Shown: positions 9,701 to 19,020 of the stretch, piece after piece
How positions within the stretch are numbered: position 1 is the stretch's first letter
Layout: each line of letters starts with the position of its first letter
NCBI GenBank assembly: GCA_902780175.1
Contig: CACZEU010000003.1
Location: 8,979-72,978 of the forward strand
DNA from: an uncultured Bacteroidia bacterium
Lineage (GTDB): Bacteria; Bacteroidota; Bacteroidia; Bacteroidales; UBA932
Length of the DNA stretch: 64,000 nt
Direction: 5' to 3'
The notes under the pieces: generated by a model
What the model was told of the DNA's origin: nothing
Seen by the model: the letters and a program-made list of their open reading frames with translations, nothing else
The model's database searches: none
Translations under genes and position numbers: made by a program

Positions 9701-9845
9701 CCTCTGGCTCTGGACGCGCTACAACGGCTTCGATCCCGACGTCTCGTCCAAGGTTGAGGACCAGGAGTCCACGATACGTCGCGCCGACATCGGGGCCTAT
9801 CCCCGTCCGCGCAAGATAATTGGTATGGTGCAAATCAAATTCTAA
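6753..9845 (+). CDS. susC: SusC/RagA-family TonB-dependent transporter
   Basis: [59 protein letters not shown], C-terminal Phe. Confidence 0.97.
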   Translation: [1030 protein letters not shown]

Positions 9846-9851
9846 GGGCTT

Positions 9852-11411
9852 ATGAAAAGGACAATCATTCTTCTCGCTACCCTGGCCCTTAGCCTGGGAT
9901 GCAACAAATTCCTCGAAGAGCATCCTACCTCCTTCGTGGAGAGGGGCGACTTCTACAAAAGCGACGCCCAGTGCCGCAGCGCAGTGAATTCCTGCTACGA
10001 GGGACTTCGTACCGTTTATTCGACGACGCTGTTCACTCATCTGGAAGGGACGACCGACCTTGTGTATGTGCCTTCGGTTTCTGACGTCAATGCCATCCTC
10101 GACATCAACCCTTCGCAGTGCAACATATCCAAAACCCTTTGGAGCGCATCGTACAAGGCGGTAATGTACTGCAATGCGGCGATTGCCGGAATAGAGGGCT
10201 CGGAGACCATCAGCGAAGAGTCCCGCCGGGATTTCCTCGCCGAGGCGAAGACCATGAGGGCCTTCTGGTACTACCTGCTGACAAGCTGTTTCGGCGACGT
10301 GCCGTTCTACCTCGACGATGTGGTGGACCAGCAGACCATGGATAAGGTCGCACACCTCGGGCGCATGAGCGCGGTCGAGACCCGAAAAACCCTGATAGAG
10401 GACCTCCAGGGCTGTTTTACCTACGACGACGAGGGCAATTATACCGGAGCCCTGTCGCAGGTGCGCGCCAATGACGGGGCCGAGAAAGGACGTGCCGGCT
10501 GGGCCATGGGCATGATGCTCATAGGCAAGATGGCCCTGTGGAATGCCTGCACCGACAAGGATTCGGGTACCGACTGGTATGCCGTCGCCGCCGGGGCGCT
10601 CGAAAAGCTGGTACCGGTGTACGGCGAGCTGTCCTCCTATCCGCTTAGCGATTTGCTTTTCAGCGTCAAGGACGCTCCGGAACGCATATTCGAGGTGCGC
10701 CATTACTATGAGCAGGGGACCTTGTCTTACGCCGGCACCCTCGCCCAGAACTGCATGCCCTCCTACAACGTGAACTCGAATCTGTTCGACGGAGTCTCCA
10801 TCCCCATGCTGGGAACTGACGCCAAGGTGGGCACATGCAACCGTCCGACCTCTTATTTCTACACCATTCTGCAGCCCGACAACGGCAAGGACGCCCGCGT
10901 GGATATCAATCAGGGCCGCAGGTACAACGGACAAGCGTTCAACAACGGTCTGGGCAAGCCATGGATGGGCCCCAAGTTCTGGTGTCCCAATATGTACACC
11001 ACCCACGATTCCAACAATTATCCCTTGTTCCGCTATGCCGACGCCTTGCTGATGCTTGCGGAATGCAGCTGCGCGGCCCGCGACAAGGCGGGATTCGAGC
11101 GCTACATCAACGAGGTGCGCCAGCGTGCCGGGCTCGATGCGTACAGCGTAGGCAACTGGAGCGATGCTGAGCTGGAACTGCGCGCCGAGAGGGCGAGGGA
11201 GCTTTTCGGCGAATTCCAACGCAAATTCGACCTCGTCCGCTGGGGCGTATGGTACGATACCGTACGCGAGTACTGGAAGGCGGAGATGGATGCCCGGGCC
11301 ATACCGGTTCACGTCCAGCCCTGCCACCGCTACCTTCCAATCCCTTCCGAGCAGGTAGTCAATTCGGGATATGCCCTGAACAACAAAGAATACAACGAAA
11401 ATGGCCTGTAG
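9852..11411 (+). CDS. susD: SusD/RagB-family lipoprotein
   Basis: Lipobox LSLGC; AEAKTMRAFWY, FGDVP, FRYADALLMLAE, ERARELFGE, YLPIP. Confidence 0.95.
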   Translation: MKRTIILLATLALSLGCNKFLEEHPTSFVERGDFYKSDAQCRSAVNSCYEGLRTVYSTTLFTHLEGTTDLVYVPSVSDVNAILDINPSQCNISKTLWSASYKAVMYCNAAIAGIEGSETISEESRRDFLAEAKTMRAFWYYLLTSCFGDVPFYLDDVVDQQTMDKVAHLGRMSAVETRKTLIEDLQGCFTYDDEGNYTGALSQVRANDGAEKGRAGWAMGMMLIGKMALWNACTDKDSGTDWYAVAAGALEKLVPVYGELSSYPLSDLLFSVKDAPERIFEVRHYYEQGTLSYAGTLAQNCMPSYNVNSNLFDGVSIPMLGTDAKVGTCNRPTSYFYTILQPDNGKDARVDINQGRRYNGQAFNNGLGKPWMGPKFWCPNMYTTHDSNNYPLFRYADALLMLAECSCAARDKAGFERYINEVRQRAGLDAYSVGNWSDAELELRAERARELFGEFQRKFDLVRWGVWYDTVREYWKAEMDARAIPVHVQPCHRYLPIPSEQVVNSGYALNNKEYNENGL

Positions 11412-11412
11412 T

Positions 11413-11760
11413 ATGAAACGATTATTGATAATGCTTGCCCTCCTGCTGCTTGCAGCCGGGTGTACGCAGAGGTATGAGCTTTCGCTGCCCCTCGCCCTCA
11501 ACCGGGTGGAACTCAGGCTCACTTCCGGCGAAGGCTCTTCGTATGTGTTGGTGTATAGCCAGGGCCCCTGGACGGCCACCCTGGCCGAGTCCGCATCCTG
11601 GGTGACGCTTTCGCGCACGGAAGGTTCCGGCAACAGCCAGATCAACGTCAGCGTTGAGGCAAATCCCGGATTCAACCGCAGCGTAGTCCTTACCGTAAGC
11701 AATGCCGCCGGCAGCAAGGACATGCTGATTTCACAACTGGGCGATGCAGAAGAACAATAA
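11413..11760 (+). CDS. Small BACON-domain lipoprotein
   Basis: LLLAAGC lipobox; WTA...WVTLS...GSG...VEAN..FNRS pattern. Confidence 0.8.
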   Translation: MKRLLIMLALLLLAAGCTQRYELSLPLALNRVELRLTSGEGSSYVLVYSQGPWTATLAESASWVTLSRTEGSGNSQINVSVEANPGFNRSVVLTVSNAAGSKDMLISQLGDAEEQ

Positions 11761-11772
11761 ACCAGAGAATCC

Positions 11773-14136
11773 ATGAGAGCAATCCATATACCGGCATTTG
11801 CGGCGCTCGCAGCCTTCATCTGTTCCTGCAGCACCGACATGTTCGAACGCACCATAAACATCGGCTCCGGACTCGGCTTCCCCGAGAAGGTCGTGACCCT
11901 CGAGGCTGCGGAGGGCGAACGTACGATTGCGGTGCTCGCGACCCAGGAGTACACCATATCTTCCGATGCGTCCTGGCTGAACTGTCCCGCCACCGGGCAG
12001 GAGGGGCGCGAGGGCTTTGTGATGCATTATTCGGCCAACGACAGCTTCCCCAGGGTGGCTACGGTCGTCGTCGCCATAGATGAACACTCCCACTTCGACA
12101 CCCTTACGGTCCGCCAGCGTGGAGCGGTGGCTCCTGCGCTGACGGTCAAGTCTCCCTCCATCACCGTACGCGGTTCGTCCGGCGGAGAGTTTCAGCTGTC
12201 TCTCGACACCAATCTGCCCGACGACGCCATTTCGCTTACCTGGGCTTACGACGAGGGCACAGCCTGGTTCGAAACACCCGAGATCAAGGGAGGGACACTG
12301 CATTTCAAGTATTCCGCCAATCCCGAAAGCCATACGCGCAGGGGCAGCATAACCGCCAGCTACAGCGACGCCTTCGGGAACCTTCTTACCATTCCCTTCC
12401 AGCTCATTCAGCTCTCCAATTCCGACAGTGCCGGAAAGGACTTCAGCCTGCAGGAATTCTGCAGCCTCGCCTCGGAGGAGGGAACGCCCATAGTCGAAGA
12501 CGCTACCATCGAAGGTATCGTAGTGAGCGACAAGGAAAACGGCAACTGCGGCGACAACACCCAGACTTCCGTGACCTCCATCGACTACAGCGTCTGCCAA
12601 AGGACCATTTATCTGGAATCGACGGACGGCTCCAGGGGCCTGTGCCTGCTTACCGTATCGCCGGAAGACAATATCTTCCTGCAGGGCGACCGGGTCAAGC
12701 TCTCCGTACGCGGCGCAACCCTTTACCGCAGCACCGTAGTGGACGCGCTGTCGGATCCCGTATTCTACACTCTCAAGGGCGTCAAGGGGAGCATGGCCCT
12801 GGAGACCGAACATCTGGGAAGAAGCGGCATCCCTGTCAAAGAGAAATACATAGGGGCTCTTTCCGATGACGATATCTTTACATACGTCACCATCAAGGAC
12901 TGCGAATTCCCCGTACGCAAGGGGCCTCTTACTCCCGTTTCCGAGCAGTTTACTTCCGAAGGCGGTTCCGACAAGGTGAGCAAGTTCGGAATACTGCTGC
13001 ACGACGTGTGCGGCGGCAGCATGTACCTGTACACCAACACCACCTGCCCGTACCGTCGCGACGGCTCTGTGCTGCCGCAGGGCAGCGGTACCGTGAGCGG
13101 AGTGGTGGTCCACGAACTGTATCCCCGTTTCAGCTACATGGACAACAGTTCCTCGGACTCCGGAACCTGGGGCAACATAGGCCGCTATCAGCTTCGTCAC
13201 ACCACCCGGGAAGACATCAATCTTGCCCGGACCATGCAGGAGCAGAGTTTCTCCGCCATCCTGTGCGAGTGGCGTTACGTACCCGACAAGAATCTCCAGC
13301 GCTACTATGCGACGGACGGTGACACTCAGGCTTACTTCGAGTACAGTTTCGTGTATCCCGACTCCTATACCGACGGCCGCGCCGGCACCCTCCCCATAAA
13401 CAAGCGTACCGATTACAGCTATCTGGGACCCGTAGGCGCCTCCAACGCCGGCAACAAGTCCGGACTCGGAGTGACGCTTGCCGACGGTACCGACTGGATG
13501 GGGCCGGAATACAACGGATTCAACAGTGAATTCGCCGCAAACATCAATTCCGACGGTCTCGGGAAGGTGCCTGCCGACGTCGGTTCGGCCTGGAGCACCA
13601 ATCTCACCGCCCGTAACGGCAAGCCGATGTACACGCAGCTGGTCTTCTCCACCAAGGGCATCACGAGCTCCCTGATGAGCATGCAGATCAGTTCGATGAA
13701 TTTCTTCTACGGCTCCACTCAGAAGATTAACGGGGTTCCCATGTACCTTCAGGGTCCCCGCTACTGGGAGGTCCAGTATTCTACGGACGGCACGAGCTGG
13801 AAGAAGGCCGGCGGCTACAACCTGCCCGAGTTCTGCCAGACTACGCCCATGACCCAGCTCTGGCAGACCGCAGGCTTCAAACCGGTCAACATCCCGCTGC
13901 CTGCCGCGGAACTGCTCGACCGCGACAAGGTCTGGATACGCATCATTCCGGAGGAATCGATGGTCAGCGGCAGCCAGACCGAGTATCTCGACTACAGCAT
14001 CAAGTATCCTTCCAGCGGCTCTTTCCCCACTGCCTGGAATTACATAGGCATACGTTACAATACTGTCGAGCCCGCCTCGAGCGATTTCGGCGGAGGCGGC
14101 ATCGACCCTGTGAATCCTATAGACTATAACTGGTGA
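11773..14136 (+). CDS. BACON + DUF5689-like surface lipoprotein with acidic C-terminal tail
   Basis: Lipobox FICSC; two BACON-like repeats; IEGIVVSD...GN, LPQGSGTVSGVVVHE; ends GGGGIDPVNPIDYNW. Confidence 0.7.
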   Translation: MRAIHIPAFAALAAFICSCSTDMFERTINIGSGLGFPEKVVTLEAAEGERTIAVLATQEYTISSDASWLNCPATGQEGREGFVMHYSANDSFPRVATVVVAIDEHSHFDTLTVRQRGAVAPALTVKSPSITVRGSSGGEFQLSLDTNLPDDAISLTWAYDEGTAWFETPEIKGGTLHFKYSANPESHTRRGSITASYSDAFGNLLTIPFQLIQLSNSDSAGKDFSLQEFCSLASEEGTPIVEDATIEGIVVSDKENGNCGDNTQTSVTSIDYSVCQRTIYLESTDGSRGLCLLTVSPEDNIFLQGDRVKLSVRGATLYRSTVVDALSDPVFYTLKGVKGSMALETEHLGRSGIPVKEKYIGALSDDDIFTYVTIKDCEFPVRKGPLTPVSEQFTSEGGSDKVSKFGILLHDVCGGSMYLYTNTTCPYRRDGSVLPQGSGTVSGVVVHELYPRFSYMDNSSSDSGTWGNIGRYQLRHTTREDINLARTMQEQSFSAILCEWRYVPDKNLQRYYATDGDTQAYFEYSFVYPDSYTDGRAGTLPINKRTDYSYLGPVGASNAGNKSGLGVTLADGTDWMGPEYNGFNSEFAANINSDGLGKVPADVGSAWSTNLTARNGKPMYTQLVFSTKGITSSLMSMQISSMNFFYGSTQKINGVPMYLQGPRYWEVQYSTDGTSWKKAGGYNLPEFCQTTPMTQLWQTAGFKPVNIPLPAAELLDRDKVWIRIIPEESMVSGSQTEYLDYSIKYPSSGSFPTAWNYIGIRYNTVEPASSDFGGGGIDPVNPIDYNW

Positions 14137-14141
14137 TGCGT

Positions 14142-16265
14142 ATGAAAAAGAATCTGACTGTTCTTGCCCTGCTTCTTGCTGCCGTTTCGTGCGGGAAGGG
14201 GGAGCTTACGGATTTGCCGCAGACAACTCTGGATCTGACTTTTACAGCCGACGCAGTAGCGGCACATGCCGGCGGAAACGCCACCAAGACGTCCCTCGGC
14301 GCCGACTGGTCGGTCAGCTGGGTCGAAGGGGACCAGGTATCGATTCTCTGGAAGGGCGGCAGGGCCGTGAGCCAGGCCGTCCCCGAAGGCGGAAAGGTTT
14401 CCTTCGGCGCCGTGGTTGACGAGGCATCCGATTATTATGCCGTATATCCGGCCTCCGTTCCGGCCTCCGTGGACGCCGACGGCCGTCTTACCCTGCAGAT
14501 TCCTTCGGTACAGGGCGGCAGTTTCGCCGACTGCGCCGTGATAGTTGCGCACACCACCCGCGAGTCCCTCGACTTCGGCCGTTTCCACAGCGCCGTTTCC
14601 ATGATACGCTTCACGGTGGACAATCCGGGCGTGTCGCTCGTGCGCTTCGGTGCGGCGGACTCCAGGAATGTCTGCGGCCGCATTTCGTGCGACGAGTCGC
14701 TGGCAACATTCTCCGCAGAGGCGGAAACGGCGTCGATAGATGTCCGTACTAACGGGGCTGGTACGTATTACCTTGCCATGCTTCCCGGACTCTCCCTGCC
14801 GGGCCTCAGATTCTCTCTGGGCAACGAATCCGGCTGGAAAGGCACTGCTACGAGCACAGAGGCTGTATCCCTCGAGGCGGGTGACCTGCTGTGCATAAAG
14901 ACTACGTTGGACAGCCACATAGAGGTGGAAGGCAATATCCATGTCAGCGTCGAGGGCTCCGGCAGCAAGGACGGATCATCGGCAGAGAATGCCGCAGATG
15001 CGGAGTTCCTTCGCACCCAGCTCGCTTCGTCCGCCGGCGGCAGCCAGCTCGACGGGCGCACCGTCTTCGTGGCCTCCGGCACCTACGACCTGGCCGTCGG
15101 CGACAAGGGCCTCAGCCTCGCATACGACGTTCCGGCGCATATTACCATCCAGGGCGAAGAGGGTACGGTCTTTACCACCTCGCTCTCCGGGACCGAAGGT
15201 TGCATACTTACCGTTGCTTCCGAAGGGGTCAATCTTGTAGTCAAGGGCGTAAGCTTCACCGGGGCCTCTCATGACGGCACCGGCGGCGCAGTATGCCTCA
15301 CGAAGGGGCATCATGTCTTCCAGGACTGCACCTTCAGCGGCAACGAGTGTACCTCCACCACCTCCGACCGCACCGGCGGGGCGGTTTACGTGGGCGGCAG
15401 TGCAACGGCCGACTTTGCCGCCTGCCGCTTCGACCATAACAAGGTTGCCGTTACCGGCGGTGGCGCGCTGGCGTTCCATTCCTCCGGCCTGAGTACCGTG
15501 ATGGGCTGCCGTTTCACCGAAAACGGACTCGACACCGTAGGCAACGGAGGAGCCATACTCCAGAAGGCTGAGGGCAGCCTGCTTTATGTTGTCGGCTGCT
15601 CCTTCGATTCCAATGCCTGCAAGACCAACGGCTCCGATATTTTCTCGTCCAAGGGTGACGCCCTTATGCTTTACAACTGCACCGGCATCAATCCCGTCAA
15701 CGGTTCTGCTGGAAACCTGGGCTTCGTACGGGCCAACGCACCCATGCTCATTGCCGGCTGTACCTATTCTGCCGAAAAGGTGGGAGAGGCCAACGGATGC
15801 GTTTCCTTCGGTGTAAGCGGGACCGACAAGAACATGGCGGTCGGCAACCTGGTAGTCTGCCAGGAGGGCAATTCCTTCAGCTCCGCATTCACTAACAGCA
15901 ATCCCGATCTCAAGCGGACCGTGGCTTCCGGAGGATTCAACGTCTTCACCAAAGCACCCAATATCACATGGGAGGGAGAGGGCGTCGCCTCCGACCTTGC
16001 CGGGATTGATTACAGTACCGTATTCTCCGCTCCCGCAGCACTTTCCGCAGACGGCGTGATGCTTTGGGAAGGCCCTGCTGCGGTGCTTCCTTCCTTCACT
16101 CCTGCGAGCGCCGCCGACATCGAGTCTGCCATCGGCGCCTATCCTCAGGGCGGGCAGGCATTCCTGCAGTGGCTCAAGGACAAGGATGTATTTGCAGTTG
16201 ACGGTTGTGGTAATTCCCGCGGCAGCGCTTCCTGGTGGCCCGGGGCATATCAGAAAGCCGAATGA
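14142..16265 (+). CDS. Lipoprotein with fimbrillin-like N-domain and beta-helix (paralogous architecture to 4016)
   Basis: AAVSC lipobox; ATKT...WVEGDQV...YYAVYP; GGAV/GGAI repeats; C-terminal DGCGNSR...WPGAYQ. Confidence 0.75.
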   Translation: MKKNLTVLALLLAAVSCGKGELTDLPQTTLDLTFTADAVAAHAGGNATKTSLGADWSVSWVEGDQVSILWKGGRAVSQAVPEGGKVSFGAVVDEASDYYAVYPASVPASVDADGRLTLQIPSVQGGSFADCAVIVAHTTRESLDFGRFHSAVSMIRFTVDNPGVSLVRFGAADSRNVCGRISCDESLATFSAEAETASIDVRTNGAGTYYLAMLPGLSLPGLRFSLGNESGWKGTATSTEAVSLEAGDLLCIKTTLDSHIEVEGNIHVSVEGSGSKDGSSAENAADAEFLRTQLASSAGGSQLDGRTVFVASGTYDLAVGDKGLSLAYDVPAHITIQGEEGTVFTTSLSGTEGCILTVASEGVNLVVKGVSFTGASHDGTGGAVCLTKGHHVFQDCTFSGNECTSTTSDRTGGAVYVGGSATADFAACRFDHNKVAVTGGGALAFHSSGLSTVMGCRFTENGLDTVGNGGAILQKAEGSLLYVVGCSFDSNACKTNGSDIFSSKGDALMLYNCTGINPVNGSAGNLGFVRANAPMLIAGCTYSAEKVGEANGCVSFGVSGTDKNMAVGNLVVCQEGNSFSSAFTNSNPDLKRTVASGGFNVFTKAPNITWEGEGVASDLAGIDYSTVFSAPAALSADGVMLWEGPAAVLPSFTPASAADIESAIGAYPQGGQAFLQWLKDKDVFAVDGCGNSRGSASWWPGAYQKAE

Positions 16266-18022
16266 AAAGAATACTCGTCACATATATAGCAGCCCTGTTG
16301 CTTCCGGTGCTGCTCTGCGGGCAACCCCAGCCTCGCTTCAAGGCCGGGACGTACAACGTGTTTACCAGCGACTCGCGTTTCAAGGCGGTGAACGGCAGCA
16401 GCGATGTGTCCCCGCAGAGGCTGTGGTGCAACAGTTACACGGCCGTCGGTGACATGCTGGTACACATGGACTGCGACATCCTGGGTCTGCAGGAAATATG
16501 CGACAGCATCTGGAACGGACCGCGGAACATCCGTGCCGACGTGGCCTCCAAGGGGCTGGAATACGAGTGGATACTGTATCCCAACACACGTCACGGGCAT
16601 ATTTCCTACGACGACGCCATCGCCTACAAGCCTTCCATATTCGACTGTCTCGAAAATGGAATTTTCTGGCTCGGCGGAGTGTTCGACAAGCCCGAGACGG
16701 CGCCGGACGCTCCCAAAGGCACCATGCGCCCTGCCGTATGGGGCCGTTTCCGCCATAAGTCCTCCGGTAAGGAATTCTATTTTATCAGCACCCATCTGCT
16801 GGTTTCCCAGAGGCAGGAAGACGGGAAATACAGCCATGAGGGCAATAAGTACAACGCCAAGCAGCTCCGGACGTGGCTGGAGGATAACCTGGACGATGAT
16901 CTCCCTGCCATTCTTGTCGGAGACATGAATGTGGACGACAAGGCCAAACACTGGGGCAGCCTTGCCCAGGTTCCCATGATGGACGCCAAGCTCAGTTTCC
17001 TGCATTCGGGACGTCTGAGCGCAGATGCCAGGGAATGGGGTACGCAGGACCAGAAGAACGAAAGCGGCTTCAGCAAATGGTGGCCCGACCATATCTTCCT
17101 TCAGGGATTCCGCGCTTTGGACTATGTAATCGAGCGGGGGAAATTCCCCACCGCCGACGGCAGTCTCCACTACCCTTCAGACCATCTCCCGCTTACCTGC
17201 AACGTGGAATTCCGGGATTATTCCCCGAGCGGACTGCCTACCCCGGCCAGGAAGAAGAAGGCGGTGAGACTGATGTCCTTCAACATCCGCTATTGGAACA
17301 ACAATGCGGATTACGAGAACGGCTGGGCGATGCGCAGGCGCGCCATTCCCGCCATGCTGGACGACGTAAAGCCCGATGTCTTCGGAACCCAGGAAATAAC
17401 CCATGTCCAGATTAAATACCTGGACCGCAAAATGCCCCGTTACAAGCATGTAGGCCTGTTCCGGGAAGGCGGGGACACCGGAGAATGCCCAAGCATCTTC
17501 TACGATACTGAGAAAGTGAGCCTCGAGGACTGGGGCGGCTTCTGGCTGAGCGAAACCCCGACGGAGTGCTCCATCGGCTGGGATGCGCGTTACAAGCGCG
17601 TCGCCGTGTGGGCCCGCCTGAAGATGAAGGAAAGCGGCAAGGAGTTCATGTTCGTCAATACGCATCTCGACCACAAGGGACAGGAGGCCAGGGTGAAAGG
17701 GCTTGACCTGATACTGGATACGCTTGCGACAATCAATGCCAAGAAACTGCCCGTAGCCCTTGTCGGCGACCTAAACATGCTTCCCGACAACGAAGGCATG
17801 GAGCGCATCTCGCGCACCATGAAAGACGCACGGGTGGAGGCCGCATCGTCCGACGACAAATACTCGTTCAACGGTTTCGGAAAGTCCTGGACCGGCATCA
17901 TCGACTATATATGGTATAACGGTTTCCGCAGGTGCACCGACTTCAAGGTCGTATGCAAGCCGTACCTGCACATACCGTTCATTTCGGACCATTATCCCAT
18001 TAGAGCAGACTTTGAGTTATGA
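16262..18022 (+). CDS. Secreted protein with two tandem EEP (endonuclease/exonuclease/phosphatase) domains
   Basis: Two full motif sets: TYNV/QEI/THL/GDMN/PDH/SDH and SFNI/QEI/NTHL/GDLN/IDY/SDH. Confidence 0.9.
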   Translation: MKRILVTYIAALLLPVLLCGQPQPRFKAGTYNVFTSDSRFKAVNGSSDVSPQRLWCNSYTAVGDMLVHMDCDILGLQEICDSIWNGPRNIRADVASKGLEYEWILYPNTRHGHISYDDAIAYKPSIFDCLENGIFWLGGVFDKPETAPDAPKGTMRPAVWGRFRHKSSGKEFYFISTHLLVSQRQEDGKYSHEGNKYNAKQLRTWLEDNLDDDLPAILVGDMNVDDKAKHWGSLAQVPMMDAKLSFLHSGRLSADAREWGTQDQKNESGFSKWWPDHIFLQGFRALDYVIERGKFPTADGSLHYPSDHLPLTCNVEFRDYSPSGLPTPARKKKAVRLMSFNIRYWNNNADYENGWAMRRRAIPAMLDDVKPDVFGTQEITHVQIKYLDRKMPRYKHVGLFREGGDTGECPSIFYDTEKVSLEDWGGFWLSETPTECSIGWDARYKRVAVWARLKMKESGKEFMFVNTHLDHKGQEARVKGLDLILDTLATINAKKLPVALVGDLNMLPDNEGMERISRTMKDARVEAASSDDKYSFNGFGKSWTGIIDYIWYNGFRRCTDFKVVCKPYLHIPFISDHYPIRADFEL

Positions 18023-19014
18023 AAAAGATACTGACGGTATTGATGCTGCTGGCCGTGGCTGCAGCCGCCCTGTATGCGGCTCCCCGGGGGAAGACGTCCA
18101 TCCGGGTCGGCACCTATGATGTGACCAATTCATTCAACCGCCGCTCCCAGTGCGAAAAAGGAACGATGCCAGCCCAGCGCATGTGGTGCAACAGCCGCGG
18201 GGCCGTAGCCGACGCCATAATCGAAGCGGACTGCGACATCATGGGCCTTCAGGACGTCTGCGACAGCATTGCCGGAAGGCGTGAGGGCGCTGAGCCTTTG
18301 ATTGACATAATCCGCGAACGCGGAGGCGACTTCGACTGGCTGGTACTTAGCAACAAAAACCCCGATTTCCCTCTGGACGGCCAGATGGTAAACGGCACCG
18401 GAATCATCTGGAGGGTGTCGCGCTTCGAACTTCGTGACTGGGGCATAAACTGGCTCTCCGGCACCTACGACAAGCCCGGGCGCGCCAAGGAATACAAATA
18501 CGGCGGCAACTATGCTTCCATGATGTGGGTGCGGCTGTACGACAGGCAGGCGGAGCGCGAACTCATTTTCTCTTCTGCCGGAGTGAACGGTCCTACCCAG
18601 TACGACAAGGGCCAGAAGGTGGTTTATCACGAGATAAATGTGGCAAACTGCCGCAACGTGGTGAATTATATGCGCTACGACATCGTTCCTTCCGGCATGC
18701 CGTCGGTAATCGCCCTCAACTCCCGTAACGCGCCCTCACACGAGGGATACAAGGTCCTTACCGGTTCCCTGTGGTTCGATGCACACGACGTGCTCCACGA
18801 AGAAGGAGCCTTGAGCGAAGAAGCTATAAAAGTGAAAGATACATGCAACAACGCCAGCGGCGAAAAGCTTCAGGGCGGACGTCCCGACCATATACTCGAA
18901 GACGGGTTTGAAGTGAGATCGTATATGGTTCTGAGGAAGAAATACCCTACCGCCGACGGCTCTCTCTTTTATCCTTCTCTGCATTTTCCGGTAGTTGCCG
19001 AATTAAGGTATTGA
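18019..19014 (+). CDS. Secreted EEP-fold protein with degenerate catalytic motifs
   Basis: Paralog of neighbouring EEPs, but has TYDV, QDV, SAGV, ALNSRN and SLH in place of TYNV, QE, THL, GDxN and SDH. Confidence 0.8.
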   Translation: MKKILTVLMLLAVAAAALYAAPRGKTSIRVGTYDVTNSFNRRSQCEKGTMPAQRMWCNSRGAVADAIIEADCDIMGLQDVCDSIAGRREGAEPLIDIIRERGGDFDWLVLSNKNPDFPLDGQMVNGTGIIWRVSRFELRDWGINWLSGTYDKPGRAKEYKYGGNYASMMWVRLYDRQAERELIFSSAGVNGPTQYDKGQKVVYHEINVANCRNVVNYMRYDIVPSGMPSVIALNSRNAPSHEGYKVLTGSLWFDAHDVLHEEGALSEEAIKVKDTCNNASGEKLQGGRPDHILEDGFEVRSYMVLRKKYPTADGSLFYPSLHFPVVAELRY

Positions 19015-19020
19015 TTTGTA

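Noticed and set aside
9027-11993. 988-aa minus-strand ORF
   Set aside because: Antisense shadow of susC/susD/BACON genes caused by GC-rich codon bias; no recognisable motifs.
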